Assembly (NCBI GenBank): GCA_017654855.1
Contig: CM030334.1
Location: forward strand, 2,852,001 to 2,916,000
Origin: Podospora anserina
Lineage: Eukaryota
DNA length: 64,000 nt
Direction: 5' to 3'
Shown here: in pieces, positions 48,360-59,343 of the stretch
Layout of the letters: every line of letters starts with the position of its first letter
Position numbering within the stretch: position 1 is the first letter of the stretch
Program-made: the position numbers and the translations under genes
The notes under the pieces: model-generated
What the model saw: the letters and a program-made list of their open reading frames with translations, nothing else
The model's database searches: none
What the model was told of the DNA's origin: nothing

Positions 48360-50680
48360 CTAATACCCCTGCCCACCACTCCCACCCCCCGACCCAGAAA
48401 TCATCAAACCAGCCCTCTTCTGCCTAACAGCCATCTTCTCCTTCCACTCCCGTCCCAGAGCCCTACTCCGTTCCGCAGCCTGCTCCCTCGCCATCTTGGC
48501 CGCCTGCTCCCTCTCCTTCCTCTCCCTCTCCCTCTCCAAAGTAAAAGAATTATCCCTCTTGAAAATCTCCTTCCCCCTCATCTTCTGCTGCTGCACCTCC
48601 TCCTGGCTCACAGTAGTAGTAGTAGTGCTGCTCCTCTTCCCACTACTGCTAGCAGCAGAAGTGGCCGACATCCCCCTGCTAGAAGAACCCGCTCCCCCAG
48701 CAGAAGGAGCAGCAAGAGATGTCCGACCTCTAGTCGTCGTTGCCGTCGTGGTCGTCAGAGACACAGCCGCCGCTGACCGTGTCGAAGCAGCCACCGTGCT
48801 AGAAGCATACCCACCCCCAGTAACAGCAATGGAATGCCTCATTCTCGCCGCAGAAGCTGACGTAGGCGCAGTAGCAGTCGAGGTATGCGTCGGCGTCGTC
48901 GCCTGTCCCCCAGCCTCCATCCTAGCCTGCCTCGCCCGGCTAGTAGCCGTCTCCCGAACTGAATTTCCCCCACTGCTGCCAATAACACTCGCACGAATTG
49001 GTCTAGCCTTGAATTCCCTCCTCTTTTTCTCCTCCTCTTCTTGCGCCTTCAGCCGCGCCTCGCGTTCCTCCCTCTTCCGCCGTGAAATCGCCTCCCCAGG
49101 CAACTCAAACGTCGGACGTGTCAACGGCTTGCTAGACTTGGCATGCGGCTTGCTAGGCGAGAATTGCGCGGCAATAGCGGCAGCTTCTTCGGCAGAAACC
49201 TGCTGAGAGAGCCTCGCGGCGCGCTGTTCCTTCAGGCGACGGGCGACAGCCTCACCAGGGAGTTCAAAAGCCGGGACGGTGGGTGCTCTGCTACATTTCA
49301 CCGTGGCCTTGGGAGGCAGCAGACTAGAAGGACGGGCAATAGAGCGGCGGACTGTAGAGGTGTTGGCGGCGGTCTTGGAAGTAGAAGCAGGCTTGTCATC
49401 CTCCCTAGCCGATGACGCCGACGTCGACTTCCGGACCGACGAGCTGCGTTCAGCTGTGCTGCGTGTACGGGTAGTAGTGTGAGTAGTGGTAGTAGTAGAA
49501 GTCGACGCTTTAATAGTCGAGGCCCGTCTTGTCGACGTTGAGGGCTGCTGCTGAACAGGAGCCTCAGGAATAGACTCAAGAACCGGCTCGGTGGCCAACT
49601 CAGGGGAAACCACCCTTTCCAACTGAGCCACCTTATTAAGGGCCTCAAGTTCCTCCTCAAGCTTATCAAGTTCCTCAACCGAGTCCTCAATCCTCGAAAG
49701 CGGCCTAGCAGGCTGCGGCGACGGCAAAGGAGACAAGTGTTCCATGCCCATCAACGACTCATCAACCTTGATACTCAACACCGACTTTGGCCTCTCCTCC
49801 TGCCCCTCCGGCTGCAGATTCTCCTCCCCGCCCCTCAAAACAGTCGAGTTCTCCTCCTGCGAAACATTCCCAACAACACTGCTATCCGCCTCCTCCACAA
49901 CAACAGACTGCTCCACAGCAGACATCTCCTCTTCACTCTCCACCCGAGTAGCTAAAAGGGTATACCTGTTAGTGAGCGAGCCACCATGGTCGACAGAAGC
50001 GCCATCAGACTGCGTCCTGTTATGGATAAGGTTGCACCCAAACAAGACATTCTTCCCACCGCCGCCGCTGCCCAGATCGGGTTCTTGGTCTTCTCCGTCA
50101 TGGGAATCACCGAGAGACCGGTTTCCCACCCGGCGGCGCGACTTGCTGCGAAACGGGAGCGGAATCGTAAGAAGCCATTCGAACTGACCTTCCTGGTGCT
50201 TTCTTATCTGCTCCAAGTTGCTGGGGAGCCGGTGCTCGGCTTGGGCTAGGGGGTTGTTGTGCTTGAAGTCTACATCAACCAAGAATTAGCATTGACTCTG
50301 TAAAATGTCTCAAGACAGTGAAGCTCACCGTCAGAGGCAACAGTTGTCTCGCTTCCGTTGGTGGTGGCAGAAACCACACGGTGCTTGTCAAAAAAAGGAT
50401 GATCGTATTCAATGTTGTTGTCAACAGACAACCGAACCCTCCGGTCCTTGGCCTTGTGTCCCTGCTGACAATTGCCTTCCTTCGAAGAGTATTCAAGATG
50501 GAGGCTGCCCAGATCTCGGGCCAGAGAATCAATGTTGAGCGAGTTAAGATTGTGAATATCGCTCAGGACGGCGAACTTGTTGCCGGGTGGTAAGTTGGCC
50601 TTTTGCGAGAGATGGCTGTGGTCAGTGTGGATGTCAAAGTCGAGACTCGGCCGATGTCTCGAGGTGGTGGTGGCCATCAT
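48360..50680 (-). CDS. Coiled-coil protein with TPX2-like FKARP motif; putative microtubule-associated protein
   Basis: Two exons (intron ~50270-50328). Motifs SRIEDSVEELDKLEE, two FELPGEA repeats, EEEEKKRREFKARPIR and C-terminal AREQAAERSR coiled coil. Function is inferred. Confidence 0.65.
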
Positions 50681-51606
50681 TGTTCTTTAAATCGCAGCAA
50701 TAAACCGACGAAATATGCCAAGGCTAGCCACAGGGTCTCAGACCTCAAAGCACACGATGCCCCCAAGAGTGTGAAAGGCCAGGGGGGTCGGAATGCAATT
50801 TCGCGGTTAATCAGCGGACGATTGGTCAGTGCCGAGGGGTCGAGACTTTGGGGAAAATCAGATGGAAAGATATCGTTCAGTTATCAGTTGATCAAGAATG
50901 CTTGGTAGCAATTGGAGCGTAGTGCTCAAAAGACAGCAAAAGCAATATGGACGAGAGAACGTATGTGTAGATTGTGTGTATGGTGTTGATGGGAAAAGAG
51001 GACATCTCCAGAGGACTGGCAGTCTCTTGTTTACTTTCCAGCAAACGCGTCGGGGAGGGGCGTCCCTCTTTGCCTTCTCCCATCCTTCCCCTCTGTGCCT
51101 TCTTGTCTCGTGTAGACAAGGCATGATGGGCATACTGCATCTCCCACTCTGCAGCTTCCCCGACCTTCCAAAGGAGCAGCAGCACAGCTCCCGCAACCCC
51201 ATCATCAAACACCCCACCAGAACCGTTCTCGGTCCCAAGTGACGATACCCCACCTGCAATTCCGCCGGAGTCCCTGTCCCAGTTGCACATCATTCGGATT
51301 TGCACCCAAAGAGGCTAGACTTAATGTTCCCGTCGTTCTGATGGCTGACTAAGGAACGCGAGAATGACGCGCCTTGCTTGGCAGAATGTACCCCGCCTTG
51401 TCTCTGGTCTTATCGGCTTGAGGCACAGCAACCTGGATCGATATGATATCGATATTGTAGTTTATGCATCCAACAGAGACCAATCGACCTCTAATCCATA
51501 CATATGACAGTCCATCCTTAACCATGCTTTCAGGTGTGATGTGACCGGCTGTGGATTGCAAGGAGGAGAGGCCAACCCAGTGTGATTCTCTCATGTCGCA
51601 ACGGTT

Positions 51607-52142
51607 TCAGCCTGATTCCTGCTCTTCAGCTGCGCCCTCCGCATGTGCTTGTAGAGCAGGAGCATGTTCGGTCGGGATCCGGACGAGTGTCTGTGGCAAG
51701 GGCGTTGTGTCTTCGGCTTCGGGGTTGGGCTTGGGAAGTTTCGCTGCTGCCAGTTAGTGCTGCCCCATTCCGACAGGAAGGGAACTCGGAGAGATATGCA
51801 TACCCGATGCCATGTTGATCGCCCTCAGCACATTATGCCAATTAGCGAAGACCAGAGCAATGGCTGCCAGAAAGTCAGTAACTTGGGCAGGATCAAGCCA
51901 GCCACAGCCCAACAAGACAACACACCTTCCGTTCCGTCTGAGAGAGTTCCTAACTTCTGTTCAAGAGCCTCCATCTGTGACGCAACTGCAGCACTCAAAT
52001 CCCGGAGCTCTTTAAGGTTCTCGAGTTCGGCCTTCTTCTCGTTCACTCGTGCCACCAGAGCTGGAGACTGGCCCCCCGCGCCAGGCCCGAGAGAGGGCTG
52101 TCGCATGTGGGATGGGAAACTTCGGGTTGGGTAGCCGGACAT
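51607..52142 (-). CDS. DAD2: DASH/Dam1 kinetochore complex subunit Dad2
   Basis: Three exons: LVARVNEKKAELENLKELRDLSAAVASQMEALEQKLGTLSDGTE/AIALVFANWHNVLRAINMAS/AKLP...PLPQTLVRIP. Confidence 0.9.
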
Positions 52143-52630
52143 CTTAGCGATCCGAGGTGTTGGCAACGAGGCAATCAAGTCGAAGAGACAGCTGTCGAGG
52201 TCAGGTATAGATACTGAAATGATTATTCGTGCAGTTCACACATGTCAGTAGCGGACTCGTTTTTCTGACGTGTGTTGGCATCTGGAAGTGGGGCAGAGCT
52301 CGGCTTTGGAGCCAGCCAAAAACGGTTGCCAGTCAACACAAGTCTCGAGTGGTCCGTGCATAGTGCAATGCTATGCTTCTTTAGGAAGTGAAGTAAACAC
52401 TGTGCAGAAATGACAAGCAAATTATCCATGTAACTTCGTCAGTGTCACCGCCCTTCCCGACTTCTCGCACCTTCAAATCCACCCGCCGACCACCCGCCGA
52501 CCACCGGAATCGCGTCGCCTGCGACCCTACAATCATCGAATACCGCCCCGCCGATCCTTTTTCAGTGAGAGCCTGTCTCACCAGCACACTGGAAACAACC
52601 TCGAGCTGTTTTGCTCGAACAACATGCACA

Positions 52631-54736
52631 ATGGCCCGACTCAATGAGCCACCTGTGTCTGCTACTGACGGCAATCTGGAGATCTGTATGCTCTTCCACC
52701 CGTTGTCTGCCATGATTCTGTGTCGCTGACATTTATATTGTGTAGTACGTCGAAAGTTTTTACGGCAAAATCGAGACATCGCCAGAATCAACTCGGATCA
52801 GTCACAGAAAATCCGTCGCCTCGAAAACGACTGCGCGTGTCTCCTGTCCGAGAATTTGGAGCTCAGAGGCCAGATACTCCGTCTGGAAAAACAACTAGAG
52901 GACAACAGCGCGCGAAGGATAGCCGACCATGCGCTCGAGATCAAGGCAAAGCTAGAGGCCCAACTCGCCGAATTTGGCGCGTTGCTAGGGAACCTGGGAG
53001 TGGAACCACCGGCGAAACGACATTCTGGTGCAGATAGGAGATTCTCAAAATCGTCGCGGCCGAGCATCTCCAGGACGCCCCCAGCGATAAGAAGACGACG
53101 AGACACCAATGTGGACGCAGAGACCTTGGCTGCCCAGGAGGGGAGGATGCCGCCGATATACGAGAACAAGAGCTATCAAAGAGCGACCATGAACAGCGAG
53201 GAGATTATGGCCTTGTGTGCTGCCGCTGCCGACACGAGTGCGGATTCATTGGATCTAGGACCACCGCCTGTTTCGCGGTTTATCGATGAGGAGCCAGTGA
53301 AGAAATCTTCGCCAATCCGAAAATTCGACGACGGACAGCTGAATTTGTCATCGCCACCCAAACTCGATTTGACCAAGAAACTGGAGGCCAGCCCAGAACC
53401 GAGCAAGATGGCAGAGACCTCGCCCATGAAGGATGTTCAGCCTGAAAAGAGATCACAGTCTTTTGAGCAGCAGCCACCAACACCACCTACGCAAACAATA
53501 AGAGCGGGAGCGAAGAGGAAATATGGCGACGAAAATAATATCCAGACTACGTTGGACCAAACAGCCAAGGCATTCAAAGACGTGGTAGCTGCTGAAAAGG
53601 CTCTCCCAGCCGGCGATATCTTTCAGAAGCGTAGGAGCATCAAGGAATTGCCAGCGAGCAAGAGGGACAGGGCAAGGGCACCATTATCTGCAAAAAGCAC
53701 GAACGAGGATTTCATGTCACCCAAGAAGATGGCGATCAAGCCAAAGCCGGTTGAGGAACCAAAGAAGGAAAAGGCGCCAGAACCGAAAGAAAATAAGGAA
53801 CAACCTAAAGCACGGAAATCAACAGTTCCCGCGATCCAAGTCCCGCCAGTCGCCCTCCCGCCTCCAACAGTCCTATCCGTCATCGCCGAACCAGAGGCAC
53901 CGCTCCCTATGTCAATTCTCGCCTCCCCAACAACACCCGGCCGACCCTCCTCCGTCGAGCCACTTCCCCATGATACCCCACCACCAGCACATATCTCCTC
54001 CGAGGGTGAGACCTCCCGCCCAAGCCGCCGCGCCCGCCCAGCAATAAGCTACGCTGAACCTAACCTCCGGGATAAAATGCGTCGCCCTACCAAGGAATTA
54101 TTCGATGCCGTCTCTGGCGAGGGGAAATTCCACCGCCCTAGCACTTCGGCAAATCCCAACCCAACATCAGCTCCTACCTCCTCTGCTAAGCCAAGGTCTG
54201 AATCAACCGTTACATCCAGCGGGGGGCTCTCAGCCAGCGTCCACAAACCACCTCCCACTGGTAGTCCCCTTGCAGCGAAAGAATCAATGCAAATAGACAA
54301 CATAACCTACGACAGAAGGAAACGCCCCTCTCTTGCGATTCGCGAGCCTGAGCCGCCGGCAGAACAACAACCAGAAATCGACCCGTATGACTTTGCCAGC
54401 ACATCCACCTCAACACTAAGTCTAGCGTCACCACCACCACAACCGAAGCGGGCGGCAAGGAAATCAAGTATGGCTGCTCAGGCGGCGTTACATAAGATGC
54501 AGCTAGAAGAGGAGAGGGAGGCGGATGTGGAGAGCGGGACGAATAGGCCGAGGGCGAGGAAGGCGAGGGCGTCGATGTTGGCGCCGAAGAAGAGTGCGTT
54601 TTTGGGGGAGTATGTCGAGGAGAGCTCAGTTGGTACGGTGGGGGATGAGAGTACGGGATCTGTGGAGAGTGGGAGTGGTGGGAAGGGGAAGGGAAAACAA
54701 GGGGTTGTGGATAGGAGGAGGAGTATGATGCTTTGA
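52631..54736 (+). CDS. SGO1: Shugoshin
   Basis: MARLNEPP.../LRRKFLRQNRDIARINSDQSQKIRRLENDCACLLSENLELR N-terminal coiled coil. SGO motif RPSRRARPAISYAEPNLRDKMRRP. One intron ~52686-52746. Confidence 0.93.
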
Positions 54737-55245
54737 TTTTTGGGTGCATTTGTTTGACTGGAGTTTGGGGGGCAAAGCGTTAGGGGTTTCTGGGATAGGA
54801 AATGGCATTTTGGGAATTGGGAGTTTGACGACAAATTGTGTTAGGTTTCGTTCTTGTCGTTCTTTAACAACAAATGGGGAGGGGGAAATGGCTGCTGGAT
54901 GATACCAATTTTGTTTTGTTTGTGAATCGTTATTGGGTTGTTAAATATCAATCATTTTGAAAGACTACCGTAACTGATGTTACCTTTTGGTATGTTTGAA
55001 ATGAGCATGATTCGAAGTATTAGGTAATATTTTGATATTGTTTGGAGCCCCTTTTCAAAGAGCTCTCTCTCTCTTGAGCTGAGTTGGATGACTGCAATGC
55101 CCAAACAGCTCAGGCACAACACATCTTTCACGCTTTGCTTGCTGTACAGCAGCAACGCTCCATAACCACTCAAACGCTCCTCTTTTCTAGATCCGGTACC
55201 GTATTCCCTACTCCCTCGACTCTGTCTCTCTCATCTTCCCGGGTA

Positions 55246-56005
55246 TCATGGACCAGTTGGCTCAACCGGCTTGGTATACGTCACCTTTTCCACCGCCACA
55301 TTCTCAACCCCATTCGCGTCTTTCCTCAGCTGGTAGACATATAGTGTCAACGAGATTCCTTGTACCTGTTTTCCACTGTCAGCATCTCCCCTCCTTACCA
55401 TCCCACCCCTCAAAACTTACATCCATCAAACAGAAGCTCGGCACCATCTCCTCCTCCCCCTCCCCCTCCCCATCCGCCCAATCTGTCGAGAACGCCCCCG
55501 TCGCCGTCCCAGGGTTGATAAAGAACTTGTCCATGTACTCAAAGCACTCGAATTTATGAGTGCCGCCCCAGCAGAGGACGTCGACGTCAAGTTTGTTGGC
55601 CTCTGCGAGTAGGAGGTCGGGCTCGGAGCTGACGAGGGTGAAGCCTTCGAGGAAGCCGATGCGGACGCCGCCGTGGGTGACGACTTGAGTCAAAGGGAGG
55701 GAGGTGGCTTCGACATCCATGCGGCCTTTGACGATTTTGAGGTCGGGGGAGATGGAGCGGAGGTATTCGTAGGTTGATTTGTCGGTTAGGTTACCTAGGC
55801 AGAGGGTTTGGGAGATTTTTCCGGGGGCGAGGAGTTTTTTGAACTGGAGGGGGAGAGGTTAGAAAGGGGTGGTTATTGAATAGGGGGTTGGGGGGGGGTT
55901 GGATTGGGGGATGGGGGGAGGGAGGTAGGAGGGTACCTTTGCTGGAATGTCGAGGGCGCGGTCGGGTATGTGAAGGTCGCCGATTACTAGGATTAGGAAG
56001 GCCAT
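55246..56005 (-). CDS. VPS29: Retromer subunit Vps29
   Basis: MAFLILVIGDLHIPDRALDIPAK/FKKLLAPGKISQTLCLGNL...DVDVLCWGGTHKFECFEYMDKFFINPGTATGA...PSFCLMD/VQGISLTLYVYQL. Confidence 0.95.
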
Positions 56006-56931
56006 TGTTGCGGTGGTGGATGGGTGTGAAGCGCTTCGGTGGTGGGTTGCGCTGGAGGGTTGAGCTGTTATTCTATGCGCCGCGGGCTACTGTATCGGGG
56101 GAGGTCCAGTTGGATCTTAGTTGGAAATTGAGACGCGGTGTTTAAGGTCGTCTGGACTATATCAACCGGTTTGGTATCGACCCTCGTAGCTTGATGTCTG
56201 GTTAAGTGGCAGCGTTATGTATTGGTGTTGACTGGAAGCTATCTGATGATAGCTGTCGTGGCCGGGTCTTGGCTGACTGACCACGGTGAACATCGGTCAA
56301 GGAACGATAAGATTAGAAGACCCCTGGGCGTTGGAGGCTGATGTTGGGGCTGGGACTGCGGGGTAGCAATGACGAACGACACTCCAGCCTCCCCCACTTC
56401 TCCACAGTCCCTCTAGCGGCGAGCGGGTCCGAAGACGGCTTCTTCGCCGGACGGACCCGGCCCTGGAACAAATCCATTCTTCCATTGCACAATGTTCGGT
56501 GCATTTGGCATCAAGACGAGCATTATCAAAAGGGGCAAAGCGTCTAGAATTGGACACTTTGGCATCCGTGACTAATAGCAAACTGTAGACTTTTTCCAAC
56601 CGGGCCTAGACAACCTGGAAGCCGTTTAGGTGTTGAAACGGATCTTGTCTGGGCGGTCAGTATTTTTTGTTCATTTTTATACGAACCCAAACACCGACTT
56701 TTCTCCTTGTTGCTCTCTTCATTCCCGTCTTTTCTCCGGTGGCCCTGCTTGTCAGACTTATTTTGAATATCCCATACACATTCGTCCGTTTCTTCCGTCA
56801 TACAGAGTCCAATCACACCAAGAAACCCTTCCGTTCCAGGTACCTGGACAGAAGAGACAAAGCAAGGCGTTGGATACCGTCGGTTCAGGCAAGATAAGGT
56901 ACAGAACGGTGTGGGGAGCTTGCAGACGCAC

Positions 56932-58531
56932 ATGGTGCTTATACCCGAGGTCTCCAAACTGTCGCGCTCGGCGTTCAGACGGTTAGGAATGACCCCGCCA
57001 AAAACACCGGACGCTCCCCCCGCCCGTTTATCGTTGATCTCACGACATCTTGCCCCCGTATATCCGATCAACACCCCCTACGCTGTCGAACGTCTTCCCA
57101 GCACCGTCGACACCTCACTTCTGCCCAGGATTCAAGTGCGCGAGATCACGACAACCACCCCCAAGATGTCTCAACCCACCCACCCAACGCTCCTGATTCC
57201 AGGACCCATTGAGTTCGACGATGCTGTCCTCCAGTCCATGAGTCACTTCAGGTATGTAGGGGTGGTTATGAAGTGTCTTGCCGTTCTGTTTAGGCTTTGA
57301 AGGATCCAGAAGCTGACACCCACATCTTCCCACTCATCAGCGAAAGCCATGTGAGCGCCGGTTTTGTTGCTACCTTCGGCGAGACCCTGTCTATGTTGCG
57401 CAAGCTGTTCCAGACCACCGATCCTGCGTCTCAACCATTCGTTCTCTCTGGATCCGGTACTCTCGGCTGGGATTTGGTTGCTGCCAACTTGATTGAGGCT
57501 GGCGAGGACGTGTTGGTGCTTGGAACCGGCTATTTTAGTGATGGCTTCGCCGACTGCCTCAGAGTGTATGGTGCCAATGTCACCGAGCTCAAGGCCCCCG
57601 TTGGCACCAAGCCCACCCTCCCCGAGATTGAGAAGGCTCTGTCGGAGAAGAAATACAAGGCGATCACCGTCACCCACGTTGACACATCGACTGGTGTCTT
57701 GAGCGAACTCAAGAATCTCTCTGCTCTTGTCCACAAGGTCTCGCCAGATACCCTCATTATTGTCGACGGTGTCTGCAGTGTTGCGTGTGAGGAGATTGAT
57801 TTCGATGCCTGGGGTCTTGATGGTGTTGTCACTGCCAGTCAGAAGGCCATTGGCTGCCCTGCCGGTCTGTCGATTTCCATGTTCAGCGGTCGTGCCATGA
57901 AGGCTTTTGAGAACAGGAAGAGCCCTCCCTCGGCCTACTTCGCTTCTATGAAGAACTGGACCCCTAGTAAGTTTACCTCGCGTTGATATATACGCATTAC
58001 AGCCCGACTAACGCGATTAGTCATGCAAAACTACGAGGCCAAGAAGCCCTCTTACTTTGCTACCCCCTCGCCACAGCTTGTCCACGCTCTTCACACTGCT
58101 CTGAGCCAGATCCTTGCGAAGCCTGTGGCTGAAAGATTTGCCGGCCACAAGGCCGCCTCAGACAAGATCAAGGCTGCCATCGGTGCCCTTGGTCTTCAGC
58201 AGGTTGCGGCCAACCCTGATGAGCAGGCTCACGGCATGACTGCCATCTATCTCCCTGAGGGCGTCAAGGGCGCCGAGCTCCTGCCTATCCTCGCGAAGAA
58301 GGGTGTTGTGTTTGCCGGTGGTATCCACAAGGAAATCGTCACCAAGTATATCCGTTTCGGTCACATGGGTGTCAGTGTGGTGAGTAATCCCAGTGTATTT
58401 GTGTTTGATTATCAAGCAACAATGACGACTAACAAGGCAATCCACAGCTCGACCCCACCAGAGGCGATATTGAGCGTGCTGTCAAGGCTTTGGAGGAGGG
58501 TCTTGCTGAGCTTGGATATACCAAGTCTTGA
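56932..58531 (+). CDS. AGX1: Alanine-glyoxylate aminotransferase (class V PLP); core starts at ATG 57166, with in-frame upstream ATGs at 56932 and 56989
   Basis: LLIPGPIEF, SGSGTLGWD, THVDTSTGV, IVDGVCSV, TASQKAIGCPAGL (PLP Lys), YFATPSPQL, YIRFGHMG. Three introns. Confidence 0.92.
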
Positions 58532-59343
58532 GCGTGGAATGATGTAGGGAATGAGGTGAAGTTGGATCTAAAAGCAATGGCATTATGGCCATAGAGGGGT
58601 GCATAAAAGAAGCCATCTTGAAATAGACAATCTGTGTTTGAATGCCCAACACCATCTCAAACCATTTCAAACGAAGCAGATGCCCCCTTGGGGCTCTTGT
58701 TCCCAAAGCAGTGATGGATATGCCCATAAAGGTAAGAAACAGGTTTGCAATTCAGGTACTGGAAGTAGGTTCATTGGCTGCAGTTGACGTGCAGGCTGTT
58801 GCAGAGCTGGTGGGTGTTCCCGAGCCACTGGAACCGAAGAGGTGTTTGATGAGGGTTGCTGGCAGAATGATTGGCTGAAGCTCAATGATTGATTTCAAAG
58901 CTGCCGGATAATTTAATGACCAGCTCCGGCTTCAGCGCTTCTGGGCATCTCTGGAAGAGCCGACTCTCCACCGCCAGCGAAGCAGGCTGCTGCATGCAAG
59001 GCGGGGTTGCTCGCCTAGCAACAATCGAGAGGCTGGTGGGGTTCGGCCTTCTGAGCTTTCGACCCGACGTTCAATTCTCTTATCCATACTTCCGTCATCC
59101 CACTCAACCCAGCACTTGCAACGCTCTTGCTTTACCAAAATCCTGACCGCCCTCTCCCCCCGCCTTCCATTCAAGACCTTTCTACAGAACCTTACCATCG
59201 ACAAAGTGGACAGCGACCGTTGTGCCTGAGACCTCGTCCTCTCTCCTCGCAATCCTTCCTCTGCGCACCCTCTCGGCCTCGGTTCCCCATACATACCTCA
59301 ACCACAACCACAATCACACAGCGATAGGTGTGCGACTACGACC

